Below are positions 16,888 to 26,874 of a DNA stretch of 64,000 nucleotides, one piece after another. Below the pieces are notes generated by a model, which did not search any database, had not been told where the DNA came from, and worked only from the letters and a program-made list of their open reading frames with translations. The stretch lies in IMG/VR virus record IMGVR_UViG_3300037484_000435, positions 320,001 to 384,000 of that record; one strand, given 5' to 3'. The stretch's first letter is position 1, and the number at the start of each line of letters is the position of its first letter. The stretch is from a virus. Taxonomy: Duplodnaviria; Caudoviricetes. A program made the translations under genes and the position numbers.

Positions 16888-17820
16888 TTAAATCTCTGTC
16901 TCCTCATCACTTTCTGAATTACCTTTGCCAAATATCTTTTTGAGCCAACGTCGAATTCTAAGAAATCTAAACCACTTTCTCTTTTCCATTTTTTCTTCTA
17001 CAATTACCTCAGCATCAATAGGCTCTATCTCCTTAACAACCACAACCAAAGGTGGCACCTCAGTAGTTTCTCTTTCTTCAAACAAGTACGTGTAGTTACG
17101 CATTTGTTCTTTGTAGAGCTCTGTTGCATGTTGGTATAAACGTAAGTCTAGTTGATTGCGGTCCTCAATTAACTTAATTACTCCTTTTGGTAATTCTTCC
17201 TTAGTTAATCTGTCAGAAACATTAACCATAGGGAGGTTAACTTCCGGCCACCCTAATTTATGTGAACAAATTTTTATAAAACTCGGTAACTCCTCATACA
17301 AACTGAAAAAGGTAAAGGCATCTGATAGACGGGCTTTAGCATAAGCAAACATCAATTTTTTACTACCCGCCCGTAAAAAAGAGGAAAGAACTTGCGTTTG
17401 AAAATCAGACATGCCCATCTCATACACCATATCCTCACTACGCAAAATTTCCTCTAGTGAAAACTGTAGAGCTTTCTGGTGTAATGCATGATCCTCTCGG
17501 CCTCTCAAAAAATAATACTGAGAAATGACACGGTCAATGGGCTCACGAACCACTACATATTGATTTATAGTAATTTTTAAACGGCTATAAAAAGGGTCAC
17601 AAAGCCGGTAATGCCCCAATAAAGCCTTATAATTTCCAATTGTCCCCTGCTCAATAAGAGAAAGCACTTCTCTAGCTGTAGCTTTCTTGTAAGCGTCCCC
17701 ATATATACTCCCGAGTAACTCAGAGATGGAATTCCCCGCGGTTTTCGGCATGTGAAAAAATAATTGTAAATTGTTAGAGTTAAACTGCTTAGACACAAGA
17801 TTAGTAAAATTGGTTGGCAT
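16888..17820 (-). CDS. Sulfotransferase family 2 protein
   Basis: 5'-PSB-like FFHMPKTAGNS and 3'-PB-like VVREPIDRVISQYYF. Start at MPTNF (17820) with an AGGAG RBS. Confidence 0.8.
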   Translation of the reverse strand: MPTNFTNLVSKQFNSNNLQLFFHMPKTAGNSISELLGSIYGDAYKKATAREVLSLIEQGTIGNYKALLGHYRLCDPFYSRLKITINQYVVVREPIDRVISQYYFLRGREDHALHQKALQFSLEEILRSEDMVYEMGMSDFQTQVLSSFLRAGSKKLMFAYAKARLSDAFTFFSLYEELPSFIKICSHKLGWPEVNLPMVNVSDRLTKEELPKGVIKLIEDRNQLDLRLYQHATELYKEQMRNYTYLFEERETTEVPPLVVVVKEIEPIDAEVIVEEKMEKRKWFRFLRIRRWLKKIFGKGNSESDEETEI

Positions 17821-17923
17821 CTGCCCTCTCCTTGTATGATCCCCATCTACCCTTCCTTTAAAAGGTGGGATGATACTGGAGACCAACATAGATCCCCAGT
17901 ATCAGTTAAATTACAACCTTTAA

Positions 17924-19609
17924 TTAGAACTGGTTGGCTGCACTATTACGCTCAAGGCAGGCGACGTCATCTATATGAACATCACCCTTAACAACAAACA
18001 ATTTGTTAGTTGCCCGGAAATTCATTTCCTGAGTTGCTGATCCACCACCGCCTCGACCACCACCAACTGCGTTATTGTAGTTCTCGGCTTGGATTTTCAA
18101 CCCCTGTACGACCACAGTTTTCAAAGCACGCTCTCGTGGAGACGTACCACAATCTGTGACAATATCATAGGTTCCCACACCATCCCAGTCATAATACTCG
18201 TCCCCGTCCATGCTTGAAAGCATTGCTAGACGATTAAGACCGTTCTTTTGACCAGCTTCCTCATCAGTCTGCTGATATACTTTAACAACCATCAAGAGGT
18301 TCTGTTTACTCATAAGGTGATTAAGAGCGATATCAGTTCCACTTCCACCAGCCTCGTAATCTGCAATGTCTAGACCAGCAGCAATTGCCCATCTATCCAA
18401 ATCAGACGCCATAGAGGTTGTGGCTACAGTAATCTCAACAGGAAAATTCATTGGGCGAGCAAAAGGCCTTATATGACCGAGCTCGTTCAACGGGGTCCTA
18501 GTTGGAGTCGCTGTAATTGTTACAGTCTGCATCCTCAGCGTCATGTCCCACGTAGTGGTCAGATCAGGGTCAACAATGTAGGCCTCAATCTGTCCTTGTC
18601 GAACAGCGCCCAAGTCTTCTGGAAATTGGAGCGCAGGATTTTCTGGACCAGCAGTAGTAGTTGCTGGTTCAAAATACTTCGCAAATATACGATCAGCATC
18701 ACTACTACCAACACTTGAAGAAGCATATGCACTCGCGGCATAAATTACAATAAACTTATACCCACCATCAATGCTCGGCCACAAAGTAGCTGCGTTAGTA
18801 GGTAGAGTGATAGTATGACTAGTAGTGTCATAATAAAATTCATTAGCTGCCGCAGCAGTTTCATTCATTTTATAGACCGTGCCCTCACGCTCGCTTGGAG
18901 CTCTTACAGTGACACCAACGTCTCCTGTAGCAGTCCACGCCAAAAAGGCTCTTTTACACGAAGAAAGAACAGGTATGACAGCCGCATCTGCAAGGCCAAG
19001 GTTTAGTACCTGACTGTTAGACGGGGCAGCGATGTCCCACTCTTCTTGGGATACAAACTTTGCGTTGTTGACCAACCACATTTTGTTGTCAGTTTCTGCC
19101 GCATAGTTTTCCGTAGCATTGGCACCAACATTATAAGTTAGTGTAACACTATTAACATAAACCTTATCCATAAACAGAGTCATCTGGATATCATCATCTT
19201 GGGTTCCAAGAGACGCTTCGTTCTGCACAGGTGCCCAAATTTTAACACCGTTGCACAGAGTGAAATCTGCCAAAGATACCCCGTGGTAATATCGAACTCC
19301 AGATCCGGTACAAGCAGCATTAGTTCTGAGGTATGCACCACTTACTGTGGGGTCCCCTTGCATCTGCAGGGGATTCATACCAGCCAGAACAGCCATGGAA
19401 TTAACAGCGCCCCATTCGTTGGTGTCTAAAGCGACCGCAACAGCAGGAACGTCGTCAACCACGTCTACCCTATCGAGGGATCCGAGTTCAAACACGTCTT
19501 CGGCAGTGAACGTAGTATTACTTCCCAAAGTCTGTACTCTATAAAGCAAATGCCCATTTGCACGAACTGATTGGGAGGCATACATAATTCTGGTTCTTTT
19601 TTGTGCCAT
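17924..19609 (-). CDS. Major tail tube protein (probable)
   Basis: 561-aa beta-rich protein upstream of the chaperones and tape measure, with a strong AGGAGG RBS. It has tube-like segments (QTLGSNTTFTAEDVFELG; QTVTITATPTRTPLNELG). Confidence 0.65.
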   Translation of the reverse strand: MAQKRTRIMYASQSVRANGHLLYRVQTLGSNTTFTAEDVFELGSLDRVDVVDDVPAVAVALDTNEWGAVNSMAVLAGMNPLQMQGDPTVSGAYLRTNAACTGSGVRYYHGVSLADFTLCNGVKIWAPVQNEASLGTQDDDIQMTLFMDKVYVNSVTLTYNVGANATENYAAETDNKMWLVNNAKFVSQEEWDIAAPSNSQVLNLGLADAAVIPVLSSCKRAFLAWTATGDVGVTVRAPSEREGTVYKMNETAAAANEFYYDTTSHTITLPTNAATLWPSIDGGYKFIVIYAASAYASSSVGSSDADRIFAKYFEPATTTAGPENPALQFPEDLGAVRQGQIEAYIVDPDLTTTWDMTLRMQTVTITATPTRTPLNELGHIRPFARPMNFPVEITVATTSMASDLDRWAIAAGLDIADYEAGGSGTDIALNHLMSKQNLLMVVKVYQQTDEEAGQKNGLNRLAMLSSMDGDEYYDWDGVGTYDIVTDCGTSPRERALKTVVVQGLKIQAENYNNAVGGGRGGGGSATQEMNFRATNKLFVVKGDVHIDDVACLERNSAANQF

Positions 19610-19771
19610 ATTATTAGGTCCTCCTAAATATAGTGAAAGAAATCCTTAGTAAAAGTTTGGTGCAAAATGACAGTTTCTACTGCTGTGGGGGCGTGAAACA
19701 CACCAAACAGGAAATTTAGGTTTCATCCTATCCCTTCCATATTACATATTTCACTCATGTTATTAGGTCAG

Positions 19772-20593
19772 TTAATTCCTATAGGTTTTTGTATCAAAAG
19801 TTATTTCAGCACGATACCTGTTTATCCGCTCCTGTTCATAAAAACCCCACTGTGGTAGGCCAGAAAGTCTTTTCTTCACGTTCTCAAAAAATATTGAAGT
19901 ATAGACATCATGGAGGGAGGAATCAAATATTTGGTTGTATAGGCCATTTTGAAGTGGTAAACCACTAGGAAGTAGATAGAGAGGACAACGTCGCATATGT
20001 AAGTTATCGTAGACCAAGTCCATCAAATCATCCCTTTCCCCTTTGTTGTTAGCAAATATCTGAACATTCCAATAAGCGTCTCTTATATCCCCACCACCCA
20101 ACTGTAATGGAGATTTTTTACCTGTCTGCATATCAACACATACTATAGGTAAGGCTGGAACATCCTCGTAAGGCCAAGAATCTATTACCGATACATAATT
20201 CCACTCATAATCAACTAAATAACTAGATAGGTCTGAGGAAGAAATTACTTGGCCTGTGATATAATTAACAGAATACCCCGAGGCAACTGTGGAACCATTA
20301 TAAACTCTTATAAGGTTCTGTTGTTCAGAACCAAACAGGCACGTCTCACCAACATAATCAAAATACAGCAAGCCCCGCCCTAATCCAGAGTAATCCGTAA
20401 AAGACCCATCGGGATTGGTAACCCGCCTTTTGAATGGGTGAAACCCTAAACCTTCATCGTAGCCCATGTCCCAAACACCGGTAGAAGCCTGAGTTAAGCT
20501 TTCTCCTGTAGAAATCTCAGAATAACGCGGACCTATCACTGTGTCCTTTATATATAGATAAACACTAATGTCTTCCTTTCTTGATAATTGCAT
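19772..20593 (-). CDS. Tail terminator/completion protein (probable)
   Basis: Position before the tail tube gene; C-terminal VQIFANNKGERDDLMDLVYDNL is typical of tail terminators. Confidence 0.5.
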   Translation of the reverse strand: MQLSRKEDISVYLYIKDTVIGPRYSEISTGESLTQASTGVWDMGYDEGLGFHPFKRRVTNPDGSFTDYSGLGRGLLYFDYVGETCLFGSEQQNLIRVYNGSTVASGYSVNYITGQVISSSDLSSYLVDYEWNYVSVIDSWPYEDVPALPIVCVDMQTGKKSPLQLGGGDIRDAYWNVQIFANNKGERDDLMDLVYDNLHMRRCPLYLLPSGLPLQNGLYNQIFDSSLHDVYTSIFFENVKKRLSGLPQWGFYEQERINRYRAEITFDTKTYRN

Positions 20594-21210
20594 TACAACC
20601 CTCTCTCAGCTTTATAATTAGCAATCGCCTCACCAACGATTCCCTCTATATCTACTCTATCCATAGCATTTTTCCCAAAAGGTATTGGCGACGCACCACT
20701 TGCTGGATGTTTATACCGAGAAAAGGGCCCAACAACATTCCAACCTTCCCGCTCCCAAGCACCTTTACTGATGAGAAAACCACCATAGTATACGGGTGGC
20801 ATTGGCTCACCCTTCTTCTTAAAATAAGTCTCTGGGTTTACAAAAGCATACTGCCCGCCTATTCCACGTATTAAATAGACGGCCCATAATATAGGGCTAG
20901 GATTGTGCTTCAGCTTCATATTGTCTTCTTTGAAACCAAGCGTTTCATCAGTACAGATACCTATCTCGATATTTCCGTCCTCTGTGACCTTTAAACTTTC
21001 ATCCCACGTTTGTTTAATATGAGAAACTACAAAATCCATATGATTTTTAATATTGGTTGGGTCATCCTGAGGAGATCTCTCTGAGAGGCTTTCAAACTCT
21101 TCCATGAAAGACGTAATAATCTGCTTACCGCCCGGACCATCCGACCTCATATAATCTCTGATAGATTCCCGTAATTCGTCACTTATCTTCTCTACTATCT
21201 CTTTACTCAC
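20593..21210 (-). CDS. Hypothetical neck/tail-completion protein
   Basis: 205-aa ORF overlapping its neighbours in the head-tail region; function inferred from position only. Confidence 0.4.
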   Translation of the reverse strand: MSKEIVEKISDELRESIRDYMRSDGPGGKQIITSFMEEFESLSERSPQDDPTNIKNHMDFVVSHIKQTWDESLKVTEDGNIEIGICTDETLGFKEDNMKLKHNPSPILWAVYLIRGIGGQYAFVNPETYFKKKGEPMPPVYYGGFLISKGAWEREGWNVVGPFSRYKHPASGASPIPFGKNAMDRVDIEGIVGEAIANYKAERGL

Positions 21211-21767
21211 CTCGCGGTCTCCTTCCCTTGCTCATAGGTTCTACAAACTATCTCTACAATACCATCAGTCTTTGTGCCCATAACTCTAATAATAGGAACC
21301 GAATTAGGCACAACCTTCACACCATCAACTAAAAAATACTTTGCATTTACGAAATCAGGATAATATCTGGAATCCGTTTTGATAATCAGAGCGTGTTGGC
21401 CTTCTTGGCCCACTGGAGTTATCGGTAAAGACTCGCCGTCCGCGATCTCCCAGTGGTAATTTGCTACTATACTTTTTTCTGTAGGAACACTTAACTTCCC
21501 CTCTCCCCGACAAATAGGACATACCTGTTTAAATGGGGTAGCTGTAACAGACCTTGAATAGGCGGTGCCCTCAAATAAAATTTTCGTGCCACTAAAGTTA
21601 CTAAAGGTCGCGGTAGAAGATCCAGATACAAAATCATGGAAACAATTAGGGCAGTCCTCCTCCAGAAGACTGCCCATACCTATCACGATAGGTCTACTCA
21701 AGTCCTTAACCAACTGTTTTTGGTCTTTAGTAAAATCTTTTAACAGTTGTGTAGGCACCAAAACCAT
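21207..21767 (-). CDS. Hypothetical head-closure-like protein with two CxxC motifs
   Basis: CPNC and CPIC motifs; located in the head-tail joining region. Confidence 0.4.
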   Translation of the reverse strand: MVLVPTQLLKDFTKDQKQLVKDLSRPIVIGMGSLLEEDCPNCFHDFVSGSSTATFSNFSGTKILFEGTAYSRSVTATPFKQVCPICRGEGKLSVPTEKSIVANYHWEIADGESLPITPVGQEGQHALIIKTDSRYYPDFVNAKYFLVDGVKVVPNSVPIIRVMGTKTDGIVEIVCRTYEQGKETAR

Positions 21768-22351
21768 TACGCAACTCCTAGCCTATCTGACAATTCTATC
21801 AGACGTCTCTCCAGAAGATCTCTTACACGCTCTTGCCCAGCAATATTCCTAGCTAACTTTACGGCGTGTTTTATGAGCAATGCATTATTGCAGTTATCGA
21901 TAATCTTCTTTGTCTCCTCACTCATCTTTAGCCAAGCCAATTCTTTGGGTGTCATTTCACCCTCCATAGCTCTCTTGATGTTCTTCTTAGAAGTTTGTGT
22001 AGCACGTGTCTTCTGCTCTTTCCTTTTCAACCTGCTAACGTCGTCTTGACCAGAAACTACCTCGTCTGCTTTTTTCTTGGCCATAGCCCCTCTCTTAGGC
22101 CTAGGGCCCTCCGAAAAATCTAATTGCCAAATACCACGATCCCGAGCGTATTCACTTTCTACTTTCTCTAAGAAATCCTTAAATTGTTCCGGTGACCACT
22201 CAGAATGCTTTGCTTCGACAGCTTTCTTACTGCGCTTTGGTTCACAAAATCCCTCAAACACCTCCTCTAAATCTAGAGACCCTCCAGGTGGAATCTGGTG
22301 TTTCAATAAAATTTTGTAGCCTCCGCTAATGTTCCTTGCTATGTATGGCAT
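21767..22351 (-). CDS. Hypothetical protein
   Basis: 194-aa charged ORF with a GGAGG RBS. Confidence 0.55.
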   Translation of the reverse strand: MPYIARNISGGYKILLKHQIPPGGSLDLEEVFEGFCEPKRSKKAVEAKHSEWSPEQFKDFLEKVESEYARDRGIWQLDFSEGPRPKRGAMAKKKADEVVSGQDDVSRLKRKEQKTRATQTSKKNIKRAMEGEMTPKELAWLKMSEETKKIIDNCNNALLIKHAVKLARNIAGQERVRDLLERRLIELSDRLGVA

Positions 22352-23900
22352 GATAATGTCCTCCTTTGCCTACCTGTGTTTCAGCACACGGAAATGTTAA
22401 ACAAAAATCTGTGTGCCCGGGAACGCTCTTATATGAAATTTCGCCCCCGTATGAAGTTACCAAATTTTTAACAATTGATAACCCTAAACCGTGATTAACC
22501 TTATTTTCCTCAGCTTTTGTGGACACATAGGGAACAAAAATTTGATCTCCTAATTCAGGGGGGACTCCCCTCCCATTATCCACAACATGCACCTCAATAC
22601 TGTGATTGACCTCCATTACAGCGACAGTGATCTTGGGCTTGTCGTGATCTATAGATTCAATAGCATTCGTGCAAAGATTTATAAGTAACTGCATAAAATC
22701 AGACGAATTTATACTAATTTTGCACTCAGACTCTTGTTCACTACTCAACACAAAGTCATCCTCTGATAAACATTTAAACTTATCAGTAATTCGTAATGTT
22801 TTCATCACGGTCCTAATCTCAGATACAACGTTGATTAAATGTGCCTCTTTTCTAGACTCTGCCTTGGTAAACTTTGATAAAGATTCTAAAACTGACATTG
22901 AATAATCTGCTCTACCCTCGGCGTCGGAAAGTAACTCAAAAACGTCTGCGATTTCCAAAGTTTCTGTCCACCCCTCCTCCTCAGTTCTTCCAGTAAAATG
23001 TGTCAACCACTCCTCGATTAATTCTACAGTGTTGATAATAGACTGCATAGGGGTACGTAACTCATGAGCAATACCAGCATTAAGTGCTCTAGCAATTTCT
23101 AGTAAATCTTGGATCTTAGCATTCTCTAATTGCATCACTTTATCTCTTTTCTCTCTAAGCTGTTCCTGTACTCGGGTGAATTCGCTTACATCCCTAGATA
23201 TATGTACCGCCCCAACCGTTTTCCCCTCTTTAGTAATAATTGGGTGCACACTCAATAGAAAGTCCCCTTTGAGGTTGTAGATATGGGCGTGGGCGGTGTG
23301 GGATTGACTATCTTGTAACAAAAGTGTGTGAGGACAAAACTTTGGAGGAGCAGTAGAATTATGTATAAGATGATAACATTTTCTACCAATTAAATTTGTA
23401 GGCTCACCACCCAAAGCCTGTGCCGCAGCTTTATTTATGCGGACTATATTAAAGTTAGTGTCCAAAAGCATTATGTGATCTGGTACTGCGTCAAACGTAC
23501 GCTCCCACTGTTTTTTGGCCTTTTGCATCTTTCGAAATACTTCTTCCAACTGGGCGGTTCTGGATACCACTTTGGCCTCTAAGGTATCTGTTAACTCTTT
23601 GTTGTCTCTTTCGTAAGATATTACCCGTTCTATTAATTTATGTATCTCTACCAAAGACCATAGAAAAAAACTTGAAACAACCAAAGAAAAAATCTCATTA
23701 TAAAATGGCCAAGGGTCGACACCCAACCAATAAAAAGACAGAATGCGACGTATAAGCATTAGGGACAAAGGGATTAATAGAATAAGCCAAGTAGACCTAG
23801 AACACGGAGTCCTAGACAAGGAGACGGTATACCCAACTACAACAAGTTGAATTACAATGGAAACGATGATTACGACTTCCATTAGCATCATCAGCCCCAC
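22326..23900 (-). CDS. Membrane PAS-domain sensor histidine kinase
   Basis: About three N-terminal TM helices, a PAS domain (WERTFDAVPD...GRKCYHLIH...CPH), H-box GIAHELRTPM, N-box QLLINLCTNA, G1 DNGRGVP, G2 HGLGLSIV. Confidence 0.92.
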   Translation of the reverse strand: MGLMMLMEVVIIVSIVIQLVVVGYTVSLSRTPCSRSTWLILLIPLSLMLIRRILSFYWLGVDPWPFYNEIFSLVVSSFFLWSLVEIHKLIERVISYERDNKELTDTLEAKVVSRTAQLEEVFRKMQKAKKQWERTFDAVPDHIMLLDTNFNIVRINKAAAQALGGEPTNLIGRKCYHLIHNSTAPPKFCPHTLLLQDSQSHTAHAHIYNLKGDFLLSVHPIITKEGKTVGAVHISRDVSEFTRVQEQLREKRDKVMQLENAKIQDLLEIARALNAGIAHELRTPMQSIINTVELIEEWLTHFTGRTEEEGWTETLEIADVFELLSDAEGRADYSMSVLESLSKFTKAESRKEAHLINVVSEIRTVMKTLRITDKFKCLSEDDFVLSSEQESECKISINSSDFMQLLINLCTNAIESIDHDKPKITVAVMEVNHSIEVHVVDNGRGVPPELGDQIFVPYVSTKAEENKVNHGLGLSIVKNLVTSYGGEISYKSVPGHTDFCLTFPCAETQVGKGGHYHAIHSKEH

Positions 23901-23902
23901 TT

Positions 23903-24313
23903 TTATTCATCAAACAAAGAGATGTCCCTCTTTATCATGTCATCTAGGATACGAGCCAATTCTCTAATCCTGACGGGCTTTTTAACCAAAATGGTAAATA
24001 AACATTTTTCTCGATCTTCACGAGTAGCTTGGGCTGCCTGTTGATAAAGGTCAACATTATCCTCCAGACCAGTTATAAAAGCGATCGGAATATCACTATT
24101 CATATTATTTCGTATATAACTGTGCACTTCCATACCACTGGGCGAGGGACCGTTGAGGCGAATGTCGAGAATAACTAGGTCAATACTAGTGTTTTGCAAC
24201 ATCCCAATCGCCTCGGGAGCATGGTATACTTGAAAGACATTAAATTTCTTCCCAAAAGTTTTCTTCCATACTTTAGAAACTACTACATCATTTTCAACTA
24301 TCAATAGGTTCAT
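23903..24313 (-). CDS. Single-domain response regulator (receiver)
   Basis: LLIVEND, phospho-acceptor LVILD, AFITG, KKPV. It is adjacent to the kinase. Confidence 0.88.
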   Translation of the reverse strand: MNLLIVENDVVVSKVWKKTFGKKFNVFQVYHAPEAIGMLQNTSIDLVILDIRLNGPSPSGMEVHSYIRNNMNSDIPIAFITGLEDNVDLYQQAAQATREDREKCLFTILVKKPVRIRELARILDDMIKRDISLFDE

Positions 24314-24315
24314 AT

Positions 24316-25134
24316 TTAATGCACCTCCTCACTCAGTATTAGCACCTTCTTAAACAAGTCTTTTTTCCTATCCAAACGTGGGGTATCCAATTTAAGCATA
24401 TCCTTAATAAATAATAGTGAGCGAGTATGGCTGAGGCGGTATTTCCCACAACCATCACTATTGCAGACACTTGAAATGGTTTCAGCAGGATACCACCTAT
24501 CACAACATCCCTTTACAAAATTTAGAAAGTCTACATTCCCCCTGAAGGAAATTCTCCAATTTGGCTTACCGTCATTAGACAGACAACCATCACCATCAAA
24601 ATATCCAGTAATAAAGTATTTTAACAGGACGTCATCAGTGATATTGGGTGCCCGAAGAGTTAGTGATTTTTTAGGAGTAAGTGAATAATAATTATTTAAG
24701 TCCTCAAACCACTGACTAACGCCTGTAATCGCAAGAACCGCATTATCGTATCTTCTTCCATTTAAAGGTGTATTCCCAAACCTGACCGCCCCGCTATACC
24801 CACACGCTATTCGAAATTTCTCTAATTGTTGGTAATCAGTTCGTTGTAACATAAAAGAAACCACGAAACTTCTCTCGTACAAGCAACCGTCCGCAGCAAT
24901 AAAACCAGCCCAATAAGCTCGTTCGGGGTTTAAAACGCTAAAGTAATTATAATCTACGTCATATCTCCTACCTCTTCCCTTGTTAGATTCTCCTAACATA
25001 GATAACCGTGTTGTTACTGCATCTGTTGTTCTGCCGATCAGTTCCCCAATCTCTTTACAAGTGTGTGTTTTATACAATTCAACAATCGAACATTTTTCTT
25101 CTTCTGTCCACCTCATTTTATCGTCCTCCCCCAC
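24316..25134 (-). CDS. LAGLIDADG homing endonuclease with one Myb-like repeat
   Basis: WTEEEK; AYWAGFIAADG and FITGYFDGDG. The start could instead be the ATG at 25116. Confidence 0.85.
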   Translation of the reverse strand: MGEDDKMRWTEEEKCSIVELYKTHTCKEIGELIGRTTDAVTTRLSMLGESNKGRGRRYDVDYNYFSVLNPERAYWAGFIAADGCLYERSFVVSFMLQRTDYQQLEKFRIACGYSGAVRFGNTPLNGRRYDNAVLAITGVSQWFEDLNNYYSLTPKKSLTLRAPNITDDVLLKYFITGYFDGDGCLSNDGKPNWRISFRGNVDFLNFVKGCCDRWYPAETISSVCNSDGCGKYRLSHTRSLLFIKDMLKLDTPRLDRKKDLFKKVLILSEEVH

Positions 25135-25589
25135 TACTTCCTACGCTGTTCTAAAATGTATTTAATGAGTTCAGCTTTGGTTCTTTCTAAATCTTTAATC
25201 GTAGCCACATCTTTCATGGACGACTCTAGTAATGTAAAACGTTTCTCAATCGCTGTAATCAGCTCGTGTTTGGTAACTTGGTCCCGATTTTCGGCCTCTA
25301 CCAATGATACCTTTCGACTATTCTCGTTAATACTGGTCTGCATTTTATCGGACACTAGATACAGTATTGGGATCATTACACTAAGTAAGAGTATTATACC
25401 TCCCACAAACCATTGAAAAAAAGACCATCTTTTCTGATCCCGAAGTTCTAATTCAGATTCAAACTTTTCGAATTTAGACGCCAGATTAATAGCAGTGGAA
25501 TCAGACGTCTGAGCCAATAAAGAGATTAATTCCTCTAAATCGGTTTGTATTTGTTCTAAACTAGGTTGATGTTGTTGTTCTTCTAACAT
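25134..25589 (-). CDS. Single-TM coiled-coil membrane protein (lysis cassette)
   Basis: WSFFQWFVGGIILLLSVMIPILYLV TM flanked by coiled coils; ATG at 25589 with GGAGG. Confidence 0.55.
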   Translation of the reverse strand: MLEEQQHQPSLEQIQTDLEELISLLAQTSDSTAINLASKFEKFESELELRDQKRWSFFQWFVGGIILLLSVMIPILYLVSDKMQTSINENSRKVSLVEAENRDQVTKHELITAIEKRFTLLESSMKDVATIKDLERTKAELIKYILEQRRK

Positions 25590-25606
25590 ACATGGTGAAC
25601 CTCCAG

Positions 25607-25984
25607 TTATTCCCAGAACCTGTACCAAGAATGTTTCTTCTGTGTTTCCCCCTGCTTACCAGAGTTTGTTGCGCCCTTATTATAGATTTCGAGCGTCTTT
25701 TCTACTTCAAGCCCCCAATTGGGCCATTTAGTTAATGCGGTACTGATCTTCTCAATATCCTCAAAGCTCCAGTAAGCTTTTCCATTCTTTAGATCAACCG
25801 TTGGCTCTTTAACCCAGTCAGTATCTGGGTATTTTTTCTTATCAAACTTTCCGTTATCCATTATAACTACTTTTGGCGGGCTAGGGATAGTTACTTGTTC
25901 CCTTACTGGAACATAAACGTATTTCACTGTCCCGCACCCAGATAGCAATAATACAAAAAACATTAGCAATAAAGTTTTTTTCAT
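25607..25984 (-). CDS. Lipoprotein, o-spanin (Rz1-like) candidate
   Basis: Signal peptide II MKKTLLLMFFVLLLSGC with lipobox and a Pro-rich N-terminus; follows the i-spanin candidate. Confidence 0.65.
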   Translation of the reverse strand: MKKTLLLMFFVLLLSGCGTVKYVYVPVREQVTIPSPPKVVIMDNGKFDKKKYPDTDWVKEPTVDLKNGKAYWSFEDIEKISTALTKWPNWGLEVEKTLEIYNKGATNSGKQGETQKKHSWYRFWE

Positions 25985-25992
25985 AACCTCTC

Positions 25993-26340
25993 CTATCTTG
26001 GTGATACCATAAATAAGTTCTCGATGTTAAACTTAGTGCCCGAAACAACAGGTGGTTTCGGCTTTTGTTTGTAATACTCTTTCAATCTCCGAATATTTTC
26101 ATTCAAAAAAGAGTTGGAGCTTTCCAGTTTTATTGTCGCGGCTCTACACTCCTCAAGGCTTTTATTTAATTCAGAGATATTAATTTTCTGCTCAGTAATA
26201 GTGCTGTTCAAATCTCGTATCTCCATCTTTAATATAAAAACTCTTATGCCAAAGTAAGTTAGACCTCCGATAATAGCTAAGAATATCGCGGTATAAATGA
26301 ATTTTGCTATTGGGTCCATTACAAACATATTATTAATCAC
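25993..26340 (-). CDS. i-spanin (Rz-like) candidate
   Basis: N-terminal TM (FIYTAIFLAIIGGLTYFGI) followed by a coiled coil; follows the endolysin. Confidence 0.62.
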   Translation of the reverse strand: MINNMFVMDPIAKFIYTAIFLAIIGGLTYFGIRVFILKMEIRDLNSTITEQKINISELNKSLEECRAATIKLESSNSFLNENIRRLKEYYKQKPKPPVVSGTKFNIENLFMVSPR

Positions 26341-26874
26341 CTACAAAGCCAGAGTTTTTGTGCCTAATATCGCCTTATACCTCGTATCCCCTTTTATAAT
26401 GGTAGTCCTCTTAAAATATCGTGCACTCGAAGAAGCCTCCGCAAAAACCTTAGTTTCCTTTTTTATCTTCTTAGAGTAAGCCTCCTCTTCAACACTTTTC
26501 TTACGCCATGTTCCTACATGACTAGCAATCTTACCACCGTAGTTAAAGAACACTATTTTTGGGAAATCGCCAGCCTCAAACCCCTTTTCTGGGCCCTCAA
26601 TATTATTCTTACCCCAGTTACCATACCCCAACCACATTCTAAAGGCGGTTGTACGTTTACCCGGAAAATCTGGGGTAAAACCAGCATAGGTTTGACCGCT
26701 GCAATCGCCCCCGAGTAATCCCCAAAAACCGCCCCAAACATAAGTAGGAGCCAGTTTCTCCAGAAGTGTAAACCTTTGGTCGATGTTCTTTAATTTAACG
26801 TCGAGGCTAGGTGTGGTGACCACAGCGGTAACCACAAAACCTAAAAGAATTAACGTGGCGAATAGATTAGTCAT
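26341..26874 (-). CDS. NlpC/P60 cell-wall peptidase (endolysin) with N-terminal hydrophobic anchor
   Basis: PTYVWGG...GGDCSG (catalytic Cys) and ASHVG (His). Start MTNLFATLILLGFVVTAVV at 26874. Confidence 0.75.
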   Translation of the reverse strand: MTNLFATLILLGFVVTAVVTTPSLDVKLKNIDQRFTLLEKLAPTYVWGGFWGLLGGDCSGQTYAGFTPDFPGKRTTAFRMWLGYGNWGKNNIEGPEKGFEAGDFPKIVFFNYGGKIASHVGTWRKKSVEEEAYSKKIKKETKVFAEASSSARYFKRTTIIKGDTRYKAILGTKTLAL

